DNA of 29,821 bases, from the NCBI GenBank assembly GCA_045863575.1, contig BTUC01000002.1, forward strand, positions 10,726 through 40,546. Direction: 5' to 3'. Below are positions 1-8,872 of the stretch, piece by piece; within the stretch, counting starts at the first letter, position 1, and the number at the start of each line of letters is the position of its first letter. The stretch comes from Phycisphaerae bacterium (GTDB taxonomy: Bacteria; Planctomycetota; Phycisphaerae; UBA1845; PWPN01). Position numbers and translations under genes: made by a program. Under the pieces are notes generated by a model that did not search any database, had not been told where the DNA came from, and was given only the letters and a program-made list of their open reading frames with translations.

Positions 1-901
1 CGCCCTGCCCGGGCGGCGTCTCGAACAGGCAGGCCAGGCCTTCGACGATCCATTTGGGGCTGGGCGCCTGCCGCGGATGCACGCCGGCGTTGAACAAGAC
101 GTGGTGGGCGGCCTCGTGCTGGACGACCGTTCTATTGATGCGATCCGAGTAATTGCTCCGCCGACCGTCCAGCACCTTCAGCTCCCGCTGCGCGGACTCC
201 AGTTCCCGGCGGGCCTGCACCTTCGTCAAGGTGACCCGCCGGCCGTCGCCGTAGACGATCTCCACCCGGGCCGTGTTTCCGCGGATGGCGTTGACCCGTT
301 CCTGGAGATCGGTGAGATTCTGACGAGCGGATAGAATCTCCGCGCTCAGCCGCTCAAACTGCGGATCGGTGTGCACGTTGAAGAAGGCCGAGCGGTTGCT
401 GGCTTCATGGTAGACCCCGAAAGTGCCGGCCGCGTCGAACCCGAGGCTTCTGCCATACTCATCGTACTCCGCCCGTTGCTCGAAGAGCAGCACCTCCAGA
501 CGCTGGTCGGGACGGTGAGATTCAATCCCGTTGAACTCGAGAAATCGGTAGATCAACCGATAGGTGTCTTCCAGACGACTGGCCATGCTGTGGGCCAGCC
601 CCTCGGACGTGTTGTAGACCAGCAGGAAGTGCGGCGTGCGCTTGAGATCAAATCCTTCCCCTGCGATATGCAGGAACTGGTCCTCCTGCGCTTCATCCAC
701 GGGCAAGGCTGCATCGGCGCTTGGCTGAGTCGCAGCACCCGCGTCGACCGTGTCCACAGCGGCCAGAATGCCCGCGGTCAGGCTCAGGGCTGACCACACC
801 AACAGGGACCGGGACGGGCAGCAATCAAGCCAGCTCACAACGTGTGCGGTCTTGGGTATTCCTCCGATCAGCAGACGGCCGGTGTGTCTCATTGCGTCCA
901 T
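1..901 (-). CDS. DUF1570-like protein with HExxH (HEAAHH) motif, putative zincin-like peptidase; C-terminus lies outside the window
   Basis: Hand translation of the minus strand from ATG (complement of 899-901) runs without a stop to position 1: MDAMRHTGRLLIGGIPKTAHVVSWLDCCPSRSLLVWSALSLTAGILAAVDTVDAGAATQPSADAALPVDEAQEDQFLHIAGEGFDLKRTPHFLLVYNTSEGLAHSMASRLEDTYRLIYRFLEFNGIESHRPDQRLEVLLFEQRAEYDEYGRSLGFDAAGTFGVYHEASNRSAFFNVHTDPQFERLSAEILSARQNLTDLQERVNAIRGNTARVEIVYGDGRRVTLTKVQARRELESAQRELKVLDGRRSNYSDRINRTVVQHEAAHHVLFNAGVHPRQAPSPKWIVEGLACLFETPPGQG. It has a hydrophobic N-terminal segment and a GAGG box about 10 nt upstream. It is absent from the ORF track because no stop codon falls inside the window. 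The plus-strand ORFs at 77-975 overlap it and look like antisense artefacts. Confidence 0.6.
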   Translation of the reverse strand, partial: MDAMRHTGRLLIGGIPKTAHVVSWLDCCPSRSLLVWSALSLTAGILAAVDTVDAGAATQPSADAALPVDEAQEDQFLHIAGEGFDLKRTPHFLLVYNTSEGLAHSMASRLEDTYRLIYRFLEFNGIESHRPDQRLEVLLFEQRAEYDEYGRSLGFDAAGTFGVYHEASNRSAFFNVHTDPQFERLSAEILSARQNLTDLQERVNAIRGNTARVEIVYGDGRRVTLTKVQARRELESAQRELKVLDGRRSNYSDRINRTVVQHEAAHHVLFNAGVHPRQAPSPKWIVEGLACLFETPPGQG

Positions 902-1031
902 TATATACCGCCTCGGTTCACTGGCCGGCAGTTCGACATCGGATGATCGGCCGACCTGCCGGTGAAGCGGTTTGACCCCACCCCGGCCGCACCGCTACCA
1001 TCCGCCCGAAAGACGAAGGGAGTGAGAACCG

Positions 1032-2429
1032 ATGAGTTCGACGCCGCAGAAGAGCTGGCAAGCGCGCTTTTCACAGTCCGCCGACGCCCTCACCGAGAGC
1101 TACGTGGAGAGCCTGTCCTTCGACCAGCGGCTCTGGAAATATGACATCGCCGGCAGCATTGCGCACGCGGAAATGCTCGCCGAGCAGGGGCTCATCACCC
1201 GACCCGACCGCGAGGCCATCGTGCGGGGCATGAAGGAAATCGAGGCCGAGATCACGGCCGGCAGCTTCACCTGGGACCCGGCCTGCGAAGACATCCACAT
1301 GGCTATCGAAGCGGCCCTGACGCAGAAAGTCGGCGAGCCCGGCAAACGACTGCACACCGCCCGCTCGCGCAACGATCAGGTGGCCCTTGATCTGCGGATG
1401 TACACCCGCGACGCGATCGACCTGGATGTCTCGCCGCTACTGGCGGGACTCCAGAAAGCGCTGATCGATCTGGCGGAGCGTTATGCCGAGGCCGTCATGC
1501 CCGCCTACACCCACCTGCAACGGGCCCAGCCGGTCACCGCCGGCGCTTATCTGCTCGCCTACGTCGAGGCGTTCGGGCGCGATCGCGAGCGATTCCTCGA
1601 TGCCCGCAAGCGCGTGGACGTCTCCCCGTTGGGCGGTGGAGCGGTGGCCGGCTCGACGCTGCCGATCGACCGCCGGGCCGTGGCCCGCCGGCTGGGCTTC
1701 CCGGCCATCACCCGGAACAGCATCGACTCCACCTCCGACCGCGATTTCATTCTCGAGTTCCTGGCGGCCGCTGCCCTGTGCGCGGGCCATCTTTCACGCC
1801 TGGCAGAGGATTTCATCCTCTTCAGCTCCCAGGAATTCCAGTTCATCTCCATCGCGGACGCGTTCTGCACCGGCTCCTCCATGATGCCGCAGAAGAAGAA
1901 TCCGGACGTCTGCGAACTCATGCGCGGCAAGACCGGCCGTATCTATGCCGCCTTGAGCGGCATGCTCATGCTCACGAAGGGCTTGCCGCAGGCCTATAAC
2001 CGCGATCTCCAGGAGGACAAAATTCATCTTTTCTCCGCTCACGACACGATGAAAGCCTCACTGGAGATCGCAGCGGCCGTGGTCAGCCACACGAAATTCA
2101 ACCCGGAGCGTCTTCTGGCCGCCACGCAGCGAGGCTACATGGACGCCACCATTCTGGCCGAGTACCTGGTCGGCAAGGGGGTCCCCTTCCGGGAGGCGCA
2201 CCAGCACGTCGGGCGTCTCGTCGCTCAAGGCGAGCAGGCCGGTCGCGAGCTGGCCGAGCTGAGCCTGGACGAGTTCCGCGCCGTCTGCGACCGCATCGAA
2301 CAAGACGTCTACGACTACCTGGGCCCGCAGAACGTCGTCCATCGCTACCGTAGCGAGGGCAACGCCGGACCCGCATCCACGCGGGAGCAGATCCGCTACT
2401 GGCGCGAGTCCCTGACTTCCTCAGCCTGA
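1032..2429 (+). CDS. argH: argininosuccinate lyase
   Basis: 465 aa. Fumarate-lyase signature GSSMMPQKKNPD; the N-terminus WQARF...YDIAGSIAHAEML is typical of ASL; full-length family architecture; AAGGGAG-like SD upstream of the ATG. Confidence 0.95.
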   Translation: MSSTPQKSWQARFSQSADALTESYVESLSFDQRLWKYDIAGSIAHAEMLAEQGLITRPDREAIVRGMKEIEAEITAGSFTWDPACEDIHMAIEAALTQKVGEPGKRLHTARSRNDQVALDLRMYTRDAIDLDVSPLLAGLQKALIDLAERYAEAVMPAYTHLQRAQPVTAGAYLLAYVEAFGRDRERFLDARKRVDVSPLGGGAVAGSTLPIDRRAVARRLGFPAITRNSIDSTSDRDFILEFLAAAALCAGHLSRLAEDFILFSSQEFQFISIADAFCTGSSMMPQKKNPDVCELMRGKTGRIYAALSGMLMLTKGLPQAYNRDLQEDKIHLFSAHDTMKASLEIAAAVVSHTKFNPERLLAATQRGYMDATILAEYLVGKGVPFREAHQHVGRLVAQGEQAGRELAELSLDEFRAVCDRIEQDVYDYLGPQNVVHRYRSEGNAGPASTREQIRYWRESLTSSA

Positions 2430-2453
2430 TATAGAGAAATCCATCCCTTCGTG

Positions 2454-2462
2454 TGGTAGAAT
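2454..2462 (+). promoter_or_regulatory. candidate extended -10 promoter element (TGGTAGAAT) upstream of the 2510 gene
   Basis: TGnTAGAAT sits about 48 nt upstream of the ATG, in a locally AT-richer patch after the argH stop. Sequence pattern only. Confidence 0.2.
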
Positions 2463-2509
2463 GCCCGCATCGATCACCGTGAGCCTTTCACCGTCGCGGA
2501 GATGCGGGA

Positions 2510-4609
2510 ATGACATCATCTGGCAGCAGCAAGCAACAGAACGTCTGCCCGAGCCATACGCCTGGTAAGCGGCCGGCGCCGCGTCTCTGGAGTTGGTGGC
2601 TGATTCTTTTTTCGGGCCTGGCCGCACTGGTGTGGTTTCTGGTCCGGGTACTGCCCAAGCCCGCACGGGCCGCCTATCCCTGTCAGCGGGCGGCCGCCCC
2701 GCTGGCCGCCGGCTTCGTCCTGTGGCTGGGCAGCGGCATCGGCTCCGCGTGGGCCTATCGCCAGGCTGGCCGGCTGCTGAAGCAGTCCCGTGCCCGGCTG
2801 GCGTTCGGCTGCCTGAGCATCGCCGCCGTGCTGGCCGTGATTGCCATCCAGCACACCCCGACGCCGCCGGCCGCGGCGGCTCCTCCTGTGCCCAACCAGC
2901 CGATCGGACAAGCCCAGGGGCTGCACCCGGGGCGCGTGGTCTGGGCCCACGATCCAGACGCCACCGACTGGGCCGGGCCGGGTAACGGCCATTGGTGGGA
3001 GCCCGCCCACACGAGCCAGACGCGAGTCGACCAGATGCTCTCCCGCACCCTCCGTACGCTCGCCGGCCAAACGACCGATGCCGCCGCCTGGAATGCCCTC
3101 ATCCGCCACTTCAACCAGACCCGCCGGCAGATCGTCGCCGGCTACACGCCGGGAGAAAAAATTGCCATCAAGGTGAACCTCGTCGGCTGCATCCACGCCA
3201 ACGGCTGGGGCGGCGTCGACCCGAACACCTACAACCTGGTCAGCAAAGTGGACTACATGAACACTTCGCCCCAGGTCATGCTGGCCCTGCTGCGGCAACT
3301 GGTCACTGCCGCCGGTGTCAATCCGGCGGACATCTCCATCGGCGACCCCGTGTGCCTGTTTCCGAAGCAGTATTACGATCTTCTGCACCCCGAGTTCCCG
3401 CAGGTCCAGTACCTGGATTACCTTGGGGGCAACTCCGCCAATCCGCGTACCAAGGTTCTCCCCTCCGATGTCCGCTTCTACTGGAGCGCACGGCCGACCG
3501 GCAAAACGCCCGACTATATCCCCGCTCCGTACGCGCAAGCGACCTACTTCATCAACCTGGCCAACTTCAAATCGCACAGCAGCGCCGGCGTAACGCTGTG
3601 CGGAAAGAATTACTACGGCTTCCTGGCGCGAACGCCCGTCGAGAGCGGCTACTACGATATGCACCTGACCCTGCCCGAATTGGCCGGTGGCCCCGGCCAG
3701 TACCGCTGCATGGTAGATCTCATGGGCCACGCCCACAGCGGCGGCAAGGCCCTGCTCTACCTTGTCGACGGACTCTACTCGGGTGTACACCCGACGGAGG
3801 ATTCGCCGCGCAAATGGCTCAAGCCGCCATTCAACAACGACTGGACCTCGAGCCTGTTTGCCTCGCAGGACCCGGTGGCTATTGACTCCGTCGGCTTTGA
3901 CTTTCTCTACAACGAATGGATCCTCTATACGCACATGTCCGCCGCCGACGACTATCTCCACGAGGCCGCCCAGGCCGATAACCCCCCGTCGGGCAAGTTC
4001 TACGACCCCAACCACGCCACCGCCACGACACGACTGGCGAGCCTGGGCGTCCACGAACACTGGAACAACGCGACCGATCGCCAGTACAGCCGCAACCTGG
4101 GCACCGGCGAGGGAATCGAGTTTGTGGTGGCCGGGCGCCCCACCGCCATCATCGAGGCCACTCCGACTGCCGGCCGGGCGCCGCTGAGCGTGCAGTTCGA
4201 CGGTTCCGACTCGTACGATGTGGATGGTGCGATCACGGAGTGGTCCTGGGATTTCGAGAACGACGGCGTGCCCGATGAAATCGGGCAGACGATCACGCAC
4301 GTGTACGCGACCAGCGGGGATCACACCGCGGCTCTCAGCGTGACGGACAACGAGGGCAACACCGACACGCGCACAGTCCTGATCGCCATCGACCATCAGC
4401 CGGGAGACGGCGACAGCGACTATGACGTGGACCAGTCCGATTTCGGCAGGCTACAGGCGTGCATGACCACGGCATCCCAGAGCGTGTCAGACGCATGCCG
4501 GATTTTCGACTTGAACGGCGATGGCTTTGTCAACCAGCCGGATGTCACCATCTTCCGGGGGTGCATGAGCGGGCCCAACAGCGAAGGCGAGCGCGACTGC
4601 GCCGACTGA
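2510..4609 (+). CDS. membrane-anchored secreted protein: N-terminal 3-TM anchor, large unknown (possibly DUF362-like) domain, PKD domain, C-terminal dockerin-like module
   Basis: 699 aa. Three hydrophobic helices at the N-terminus, then a Pro/Ala linker. The central domain contains GEKIAIKVNLVGC and QDPVAIDSVGFDFL. A PKD-type domain (LSVQFDGSDS...WSWDFENDG...YATSGDHTAALSVTDNEGN) lies at about 4150-4390. The C-terminal 68 aa (4403-4606) are DGDSDYDVDQSDFGRLQACM...DLNGDGFVNQPDVTIFRGCMSGPN. Confidence 0.8.
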   Translation: MTSSGSSKQQNVCPSHTPGKRPAPRLWSWWLILFSGLAALVWFLVRVLPKPARAAYPCQRAAAPLAAGFVLWLGSGIGSAWAYRQAGRLLKQSRARLAFGCLSIAAVLAVIAIQHTPTPPAAAAPPVPNQPIGQAQGLHPGRVVWAHDPDATDWAGPGNGHWWEPAHTSQTRVDQMLSRTLRTLAGQTTDAAAWNALIRHFNQTRRQIVAGYTPGEKIAIKVNLVGCIHANGWGGVDPNTYNLVSKVDYMNTSPQVMLALLRQLVTAAGVNPADISIGDPVCLFPKQYYDLLHPEFPQVQYLDYLGGNSANPRTKVLPSDVRFYWSARPTGKTPDYIPAPYAQATYFINLANFKSHSSAGVTLCGKNYYGFLARTPVESGYYDMHLTLPELAGGPGQYRCMVDLMGHAHSGGKALLYLVDGLYSGVHPTEDSPRKWLKPPFNNDWTSSLFASQDPVAIDSVGFDFLYNEWILYTHMSAADDYLHEAAQADNPPSGKFYDPNHATATTRLASLGVHEHWNNATDRQYSRNLGTGEGIEFVVAGRPTAIIEATPTAGRAPLSVQFDGSDSYDVDGAITEWSWDFENDGVPDEIGQTITHVYATSGDHTAALSVTDNEGNTDTRTVLIAIDHQPGDGDSDYDVDQSDFGRLQACMTTASQSVSDACRIFDLNGDGFVNQPDVTIFRGCMSGPNSEGERDCAD

Positions 4610-4728
4610 TCGGGACCGGTGTTGGTTTTGCATGTGGCACAGGTTTCCAGCCTGTGTACCGAACAGGTGCCCCACCGGTTGGAGCCGGTGCCACACCGCC
4701 TTTGGCGGAAAGAGTGTAAGGAGGAGAA

Positions 4729-6915
4729 ATGCCTGGCCGCGTAGCCGCCCTATCCCTATTGGCAGCCTTGTCCATGACAGCCCCACGAGCGCAGGGGGAT
4801 CCACCGAACCCTTACGGCGTGGCCGGCTGGGGCGTGCTCACCCAACTGGGCATGCCGGCTGACTGCCTCGATTACGACTGGAACGGGCTGCATCCCGGCA
4901 CGCTGGCCCAGATGTGCCGGCCGAACCACTACTACGACTACGTGGGCATTCCACACCGCTGGTGGGGCTGGAACGAGACCACCGGCCAGATCAACGACCC
5001 GACGCGATTCGCCCAGTGGATCGCCGACAATCCAGGTCGCGTGTGGATCATCGCCAACGAGCCGGACCTCGTCTCGCAGGACGGCCTCACGCGTGAACAG
5101 TACGCCCGGATGTACAAGACTTACCACGATTTCATCAGTCCGCTGGACCCGACCGCGAAGTTCTGCATCGGCGCCATCACCGGCGGATCGACGGCCGACC
5201 GCCTGGCCTACACGACTGGTTGGTACCAGTACGTCCTGAATTACTACCAGACCACCTACGGCCAGCCGATGCCCATCGACATCTGGAATATTCACAGCTA
5301 CTGCGGCCCGACGCAGATTGAGGATCCCGACCAACCGATTCGCGACTTCATCACGCCGTTTGTCAACTGGTGCCACACGGTGGATAACGGCCGATACGCC
5401 GGTTGCGAGGTGTGGATTACCGAGCTGCCCATCGGCGAGTGGAACGGGGCGCTCAGCGAAGAGTGGATCATCTGGTTTGCACAGCGCTACCTGCCCCGAC
5501 TGGAGCGAGCCGGCATCAGCCGGTGGTTCTGGTTCGTTTCGCGCGACAACTCCGAGTGGGCGACGGTGGCGCTGGTCAAGTCCACGGGCGTGACCGCCAT
5601 CGGGCAGGCCTACTCGGCGCTGGCCAACGGGTATCCCAACGAAATCATCCCCGTCCAGCCCTACGTCCCCGCACCCACGCCGGCCTATTTTGAGGACCGT
5701 TTCGATAACCCGACGTTGAGCGCCCCCTGGATGGTCAAGGCCGGAAGGTGGGCGGTTGACTCCGGCGTTCTGCGCCAGAGCCGCATCGACTTTCCCTGGA
5801 CCGGCGAGACCTGCGTGCTCCAGCACACCTGGGGCGATTTCGACGCCACGTTCAAAATGCGCGTCAATGAGGCTACCGATGGCGTTAATTGGGCGGGCTT
5901 CGCCTTCCACGTCGGAGGGCGGTTTCAGAGCGTGTTCCAGAGTGGGTATCTTGTTTTCCTGCGCCGCAACGGCACCCTCGGCCTCCACCATACGCCCGCT
6001 GGCACCGTCCGGGAAATCCCCGCTGCCGTGGCCGATGCTACGCAGTTCCAGCAGGTCCGGGTGCAGATGAACGGCTGGCGCATCCAGGTCTGGCTCAACG
6101 GCGTCAACCTGATCGACTACACCGACGCCGGCCATCGCTACGCTTCGGGGTACACAATCCTGCAAGTGCATAAAGCTGATTGCAGCTACGACGATGTGCA
6201 GATCTGGACCACGCCAAACGTACCACCCACGGTGAGCGCCACCACGATCAGTTCGAGCCATTTGGCGGCCAATGACGAGACCACCTACTCAGTGGCCGCC
6301 ACCGCCTCCGCGGCGGAGGGTGCCGCGGAGATCCAGGTCGTGGAAGTGCTGCTCAATGACGATACGCCCGACGCTCAGCAGGCCCGGGGTCGGTTCGCCT
6401 GGGGCCTCACGGACGAGGCCATCACGCAGGACGGCGGCGGCTGGACCATCATGGGCAACGCAGAAGGCGGAGGTCGATGGGCCTGGCGGTCCGACGGCTG
6501 GGGCACCGATGCCTACGTCACGCCCCGGGGCGCGACAACGGCTGTGAACGGCACCGCCCGAACCGTGACCTTTACGTTCTCGGCTAAGCCGGCATGGGCC
6601 CCTGCATCGGAGCAGCGAGTGCATGCGGCTGCTCGCGATGCGCGCGGCGACGCAACCGGATGGGTCCTCGCTCCCGCTGTTTTCCGCGTCCGCTGCTCCG
6701 CACCCGGCGATCTGGATTGCGATGGTGATGTCGATCAGGAGGACTTTGGCCGGTTACAGACCTGTTTCTCAGGGCCCGGCTTTACGCAGTCCGACTCCGC
6801 TTGCGAGCAGGCCCGGCTGGACGCAGATCTGGACGTAGACGGCGCGGATGTGGCCATCTTCCAAAACTGCATGTCCGGCCCCAATACCCAGGCTGACCCA
6901 CGTTGCGCACCCTAG
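4729..6915 (+). CDS. secreted clan GH-A (TIM-barrel) glycoside hydrolase fused to a concanavalin/LamG-like (DUF1080-type) domain and a C-terminal dockerin-like module
   Basis: 728 aa. Signal peptide MPGRVAALSLLAALSMTAPRAQG. WIIANEPDL (acid/base NEP) and VWITELPIGEW (nucleophile TE) are about 110 aa apart, as in GH-A families (Glyco_hydro_cc/GH128/GH5-like). The middle domain WMVKAGRWAVDSGVLRQSRIDF...FKMRV...QQVRVQMNGWRIQVWLNGVNLIDYTD resembles DUF1080/3-keto-disaccharide-hydrolase-type beta-sandwiches. The C-terminal 68 aa (6709-6912) are DLDCDGDVDQEDFGRLQTCFSGP...DADLDVDGADVAIFQNCMSGPN. Confidence 0.85.
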   Translation: MPGRVAALSLLAALSMTAPRAQGDPPNPYGVAGWGVLTQLGMPADCLDYDWNGLHPGTLAQMCRPNHYYDYVGIPHRWWGWNETTGQINDPTRFAQWIADNPGRVWIIANEPDLVSQDGLTREQYARMYKTYHDFISPLDPTAKFCIGAITGGSTADRLAYTTGWYQYVLNYYQTTYGQPMPIDIWNIHSYCGPTQIEDPDQPIRDFITPFVNWCHTVDNGRYAGCEVWITELPIGEWNGALSEEWIIWFAQRYLPRLERAGISRWFWFVSRDNSEWATVALVKSTGVTAIGQAYSALANGYPNEIIPVQPYVPAPTPAYFEDRFDNPTLSAPWMVKAGRWAVDSGVLRQSRIDFPWTGETCVLQHTWGDFDATFKMRVNEATDGVNWAGFAFHVGGRFQSVFQSGYLVFLRRNGTLGLHHTPAGTVREIPAAVADATQFQQVRVQMNGWRIQVWLNGVNLIDYTDAGHRYASGYTILQVHKADCSYDDVQIWTTPNVPPTVSATTISSSHLAANDETTYSVAATASAAEGAAEIQVVEVLLNDDTPDAQQARGRFAWGLTDEAITQDGGGWTIMGNAEGGGRWAWRSDGWGTDAYVTPRGATTAVNGTARTVTFTFSAKPAWAPASEQRVHAAARDARGDATGWVLAPAVFRVRCSAPGDLDCDGDVDQEDFGRLQTCFSGPGFTQSDSACEQARLDADLDVDGADVAIFQNCMSGPNTQADPRCAP

Positions 6916-7113
6916 AGCCGATCAGGGACGCCTTCTCGTCGAACCGTGGGCAACTGCCCTAAATCCACTTACACCGCAAAATAGACATTAAAACCTATTT
7001 ACCTGACCATAGGCATCAGGTACACTCCCCACCGACGCGGGATTCTGGCCATTCGGTTGGCGCGGTAACCACCGGCCCAGCCCGCTCTTGTCTATTGTTC
7101 TGGAGACGACAGC

Positions 7114-8469
7114 ATGATGCTCCGCCGTCTGCCCTGCCTGTTGGGCGTTCTGCTCACAACGAGTCTGGCTTACGCCCAGGAAACGATCCAGGAACCTCCG
7201 GACGCGCCAGTACCGACCACCAAGCCGGCGGCCGCACCCTCTCCCTGGGAGCGCCAGTTTCTGACCGGCGACTGGGATGGAGCGCGCACCGAGTTGGCCG
7301 AAAAGGGCCTCACCTTCAACCTGAATATCACGCAAATCCTGCAAGGGAATGCCCACGGCGGGCACCGCACGCGCGACGGGATCAAGTACTCCGGCTCTGG
7401 CGATCTGACCATCACGGCCGACACCGGCAAGATGGACCTGTGGCCGGGCGGCCTGCTGCTGCTCAATGCCGAACCCAAGTGGGGCGACGGCGTCAACGAA
7501 ATGGTCGGTTCACTGCTGCCGGTGAACACCGATGCCGCCAGGCCTGGCCTCAACGAAGGCTGCGCCATGACGCTGTCCGAGTGGATCTACTTCCAGCACC
7601 TGCTGGAGAACAAGCTGATCCTCATCGCCGGCAAGCTGGACGGAGCCCGCGCGTTCGACCGTAACGTGTTCGCCAACGACGAGCGGACGCAGTTCATGAA
7701 CGCGGGGCTGCGCAACAACATGATCATCCCGGCGTTCCTGCCGTACACCAACCTGGGCGCGGGAGCCGTGGTGAACCCGACCGAGTGGCTGTCGATCATC
7801 ACGGCCGTGGCCGACACCGAGGGTCGGAACAAGACGACGGGATTCGAAACCACGTTCCACGGGCCGACAAACACGACGGTTATTCACGAGTGGTCTTTCA
7901 AGATCAAGCCCTTCGACCTGCCGGGTAACCAGCGCTTCGGCTTCGTCTGGAGTTCCATGGATTTCGAGCACCTCCAACCGCCGTCGCCCTTCAAGGAGAC
8001 CGGTCCCCTGATGATGTCGCTCCTGGGGCCGAACCTGGCCAACAAGGTCGTGCGCATGCTCACGAAGTTCGACACCAGCCCGGACAACGTGGGCCTCTAC
8101 TACAATTTCGACCAGTACCTCTACACGGAGGAAGGCTGTCCGGACCAGGGTGTGGGCCTCTTCGGCCGCTTCGGATGGGCACGCGGCGACGTGAATGCCC
8201 TGGAGTACTTCTACAGCATCGGCATGGGGGGCAAGGGTGTCCTGCCGGACCGCGACGAAGACACGTTCGGCATCGGCTACTTCCACGCGAATCTCAGCGA
8301 CGACCTGCCGTCGTTCCTCCAACAGGAAGCCGGCGTGGAGATGTACTACAACATCCAGATCTGCCCCTGGCTGCACATCTCGCCGGACGTGCAGGTCATC
8401 ATGGATCCGGGCGGATTCAGCAACGAGTGCTCGCTGGTCTACGGCATCCGCATGCAGTTGAACCTGTAA
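7114..8469 (+). CDS. carbohydrate-selective porin, OprB family (outer-membrane beta-barrel)
   Basis: 451 aa. Signal peptide MMLRRLPCLLGVLLTTSLAYAQE. The family-typical N-terminal motif LTGDWDGARTELAEKGLTFNL matches the OprB 'GDWGG.R..L...G' start. Alternating amphipathic beta-strand pattern throughout. GGAGA box 8 nt upstream of the ATG. Located directly downstream of the secreted GH. Confidence 0.65.
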   Translation: MMLRRLPCLLGVLLTTSLAYAQETIQEPPDAPVPTTKPAAAPSPWERQFLTGDWDGARTELAEKGLTFNLNITQILQGNAHGGHRTRDGIKYSGSGDLTITADTGKMDLWPGGLLLLNAEPKWGDGVNEMVGSLLPVNTDAARPGLNEGCAMTLSEWIYFQHLLENKLILIAGKLDGARAFDRNVFANDERTQFMNAGLRNNMIIPAFLPYTNLGAGAVVNPTEWLSIITAVADTEGRNKTTGFETTFHGPTNTTVIHEWSFKIKPFDLPGNQRFGFVWSSMDFEHLQPPSPFKETGPLMMSLLGPNLANKVVRMLTKFDTSPDNVGLYYNFDQYLYTEEGCPDQGVGLFGRFGWARGDVNALEYFYSIGMGGKGVLPDRDEDTFGIGYFHANLSDDLPSFLQQEAGVEMYYNIQICPWLHISPDVQVIMDPGGFSNECSLVYGIRMQLNL

Positions 8470-8652
8470 TCAGACCGGCTGCAGAACTCCCAGCAGCACG
8501 CTGGAGAGGACGGTGGCCACCGTGTCACTGATGCCGCCGAAGACACCGTCCAGAACGGCGTCTCCCGCCTGACAACCTGTCGAGAAACCCAGGAGCAGCA
8601 CGGCCGCAATCGCCAGTGCTGCTCTTCGTCCATATGGGAATCGTATCTTCAT
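8470..8652 (-). CDS. small lipoprotein (about 60 aa) with lipobox
   Basis: The inner start of track ORF 8470..8772 is MKIRFPYGRRAALAIAAVLLLGFSTGCQAGDAVL..., a signal peptide plus lipobox (LGFSTG|C). It is preceded on the minus strand by a strong SD, AAGGAGGAGAACCG-ATG. Its stop TGA (8470-8472) abuts the OprB stop TAA (8467-8469). Confidence 0.55.
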   Translation of the reverse strand: MKIRFPYGRRAALAIAAVLLLGFSTGCQAGDAVLDGVFGGISDTVATVLSSVLLGVLQPV

Positions 8653-8872
8653 CGGTTCTCCTCCTTGTGTTCGCCTGCTGAGGCCCCGCCCCATCCTACG
8701 CGAGGACGGCTGGCGCCTCCAGCCTGCTGGTCCAGGCTGGTCCGCACAAGAGACAAAGCCCCGTTCTCTCACTACGAACGGCCGCGCGGGCTGAAGCCCG
8801 CGGCTCCTTGCTTACGGTTTCGGTGGACCTGTTCAGCCGGTATGATGGGCTCGTTACCGGAGACGACTGGCC

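Noticed and set aside
77-975. Plus-strand ORFs 77-334, 371-793, 721-975 and 750-965
   Set aside because: They overlap the open minus-strand frame encoding the DUF1570/HExxH protein, and their products are low-complexity.
2516-4396. 626-aa minus-strand ORF, and similar long antisense ORFs at 4756-6261(-), 7510-8376(-), 8696-10159(-), 11448-13028(-), 13751-14968(-), 16875-17873(+), 21826-22638(-), 24277-25281(-), 25504-26040(-) and 26065-26784(-)
   Set aside because: Each lies opposite a gene with clear family motifs. The translations are Arg/Gly/Pro/Ala-rich low-complexity strings with no recognisable domains, which is typical of stop-codon-poor antisense frames in high-GC DNA.
8785-8808. GC hairpin ccgcgcgggc-tgaa-gcccgcgg
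   Set aside because: No gene on either strand ends just before it and it has no U-tract. At most it is a leader structure of gene 8873, so it is not called as a terminator.
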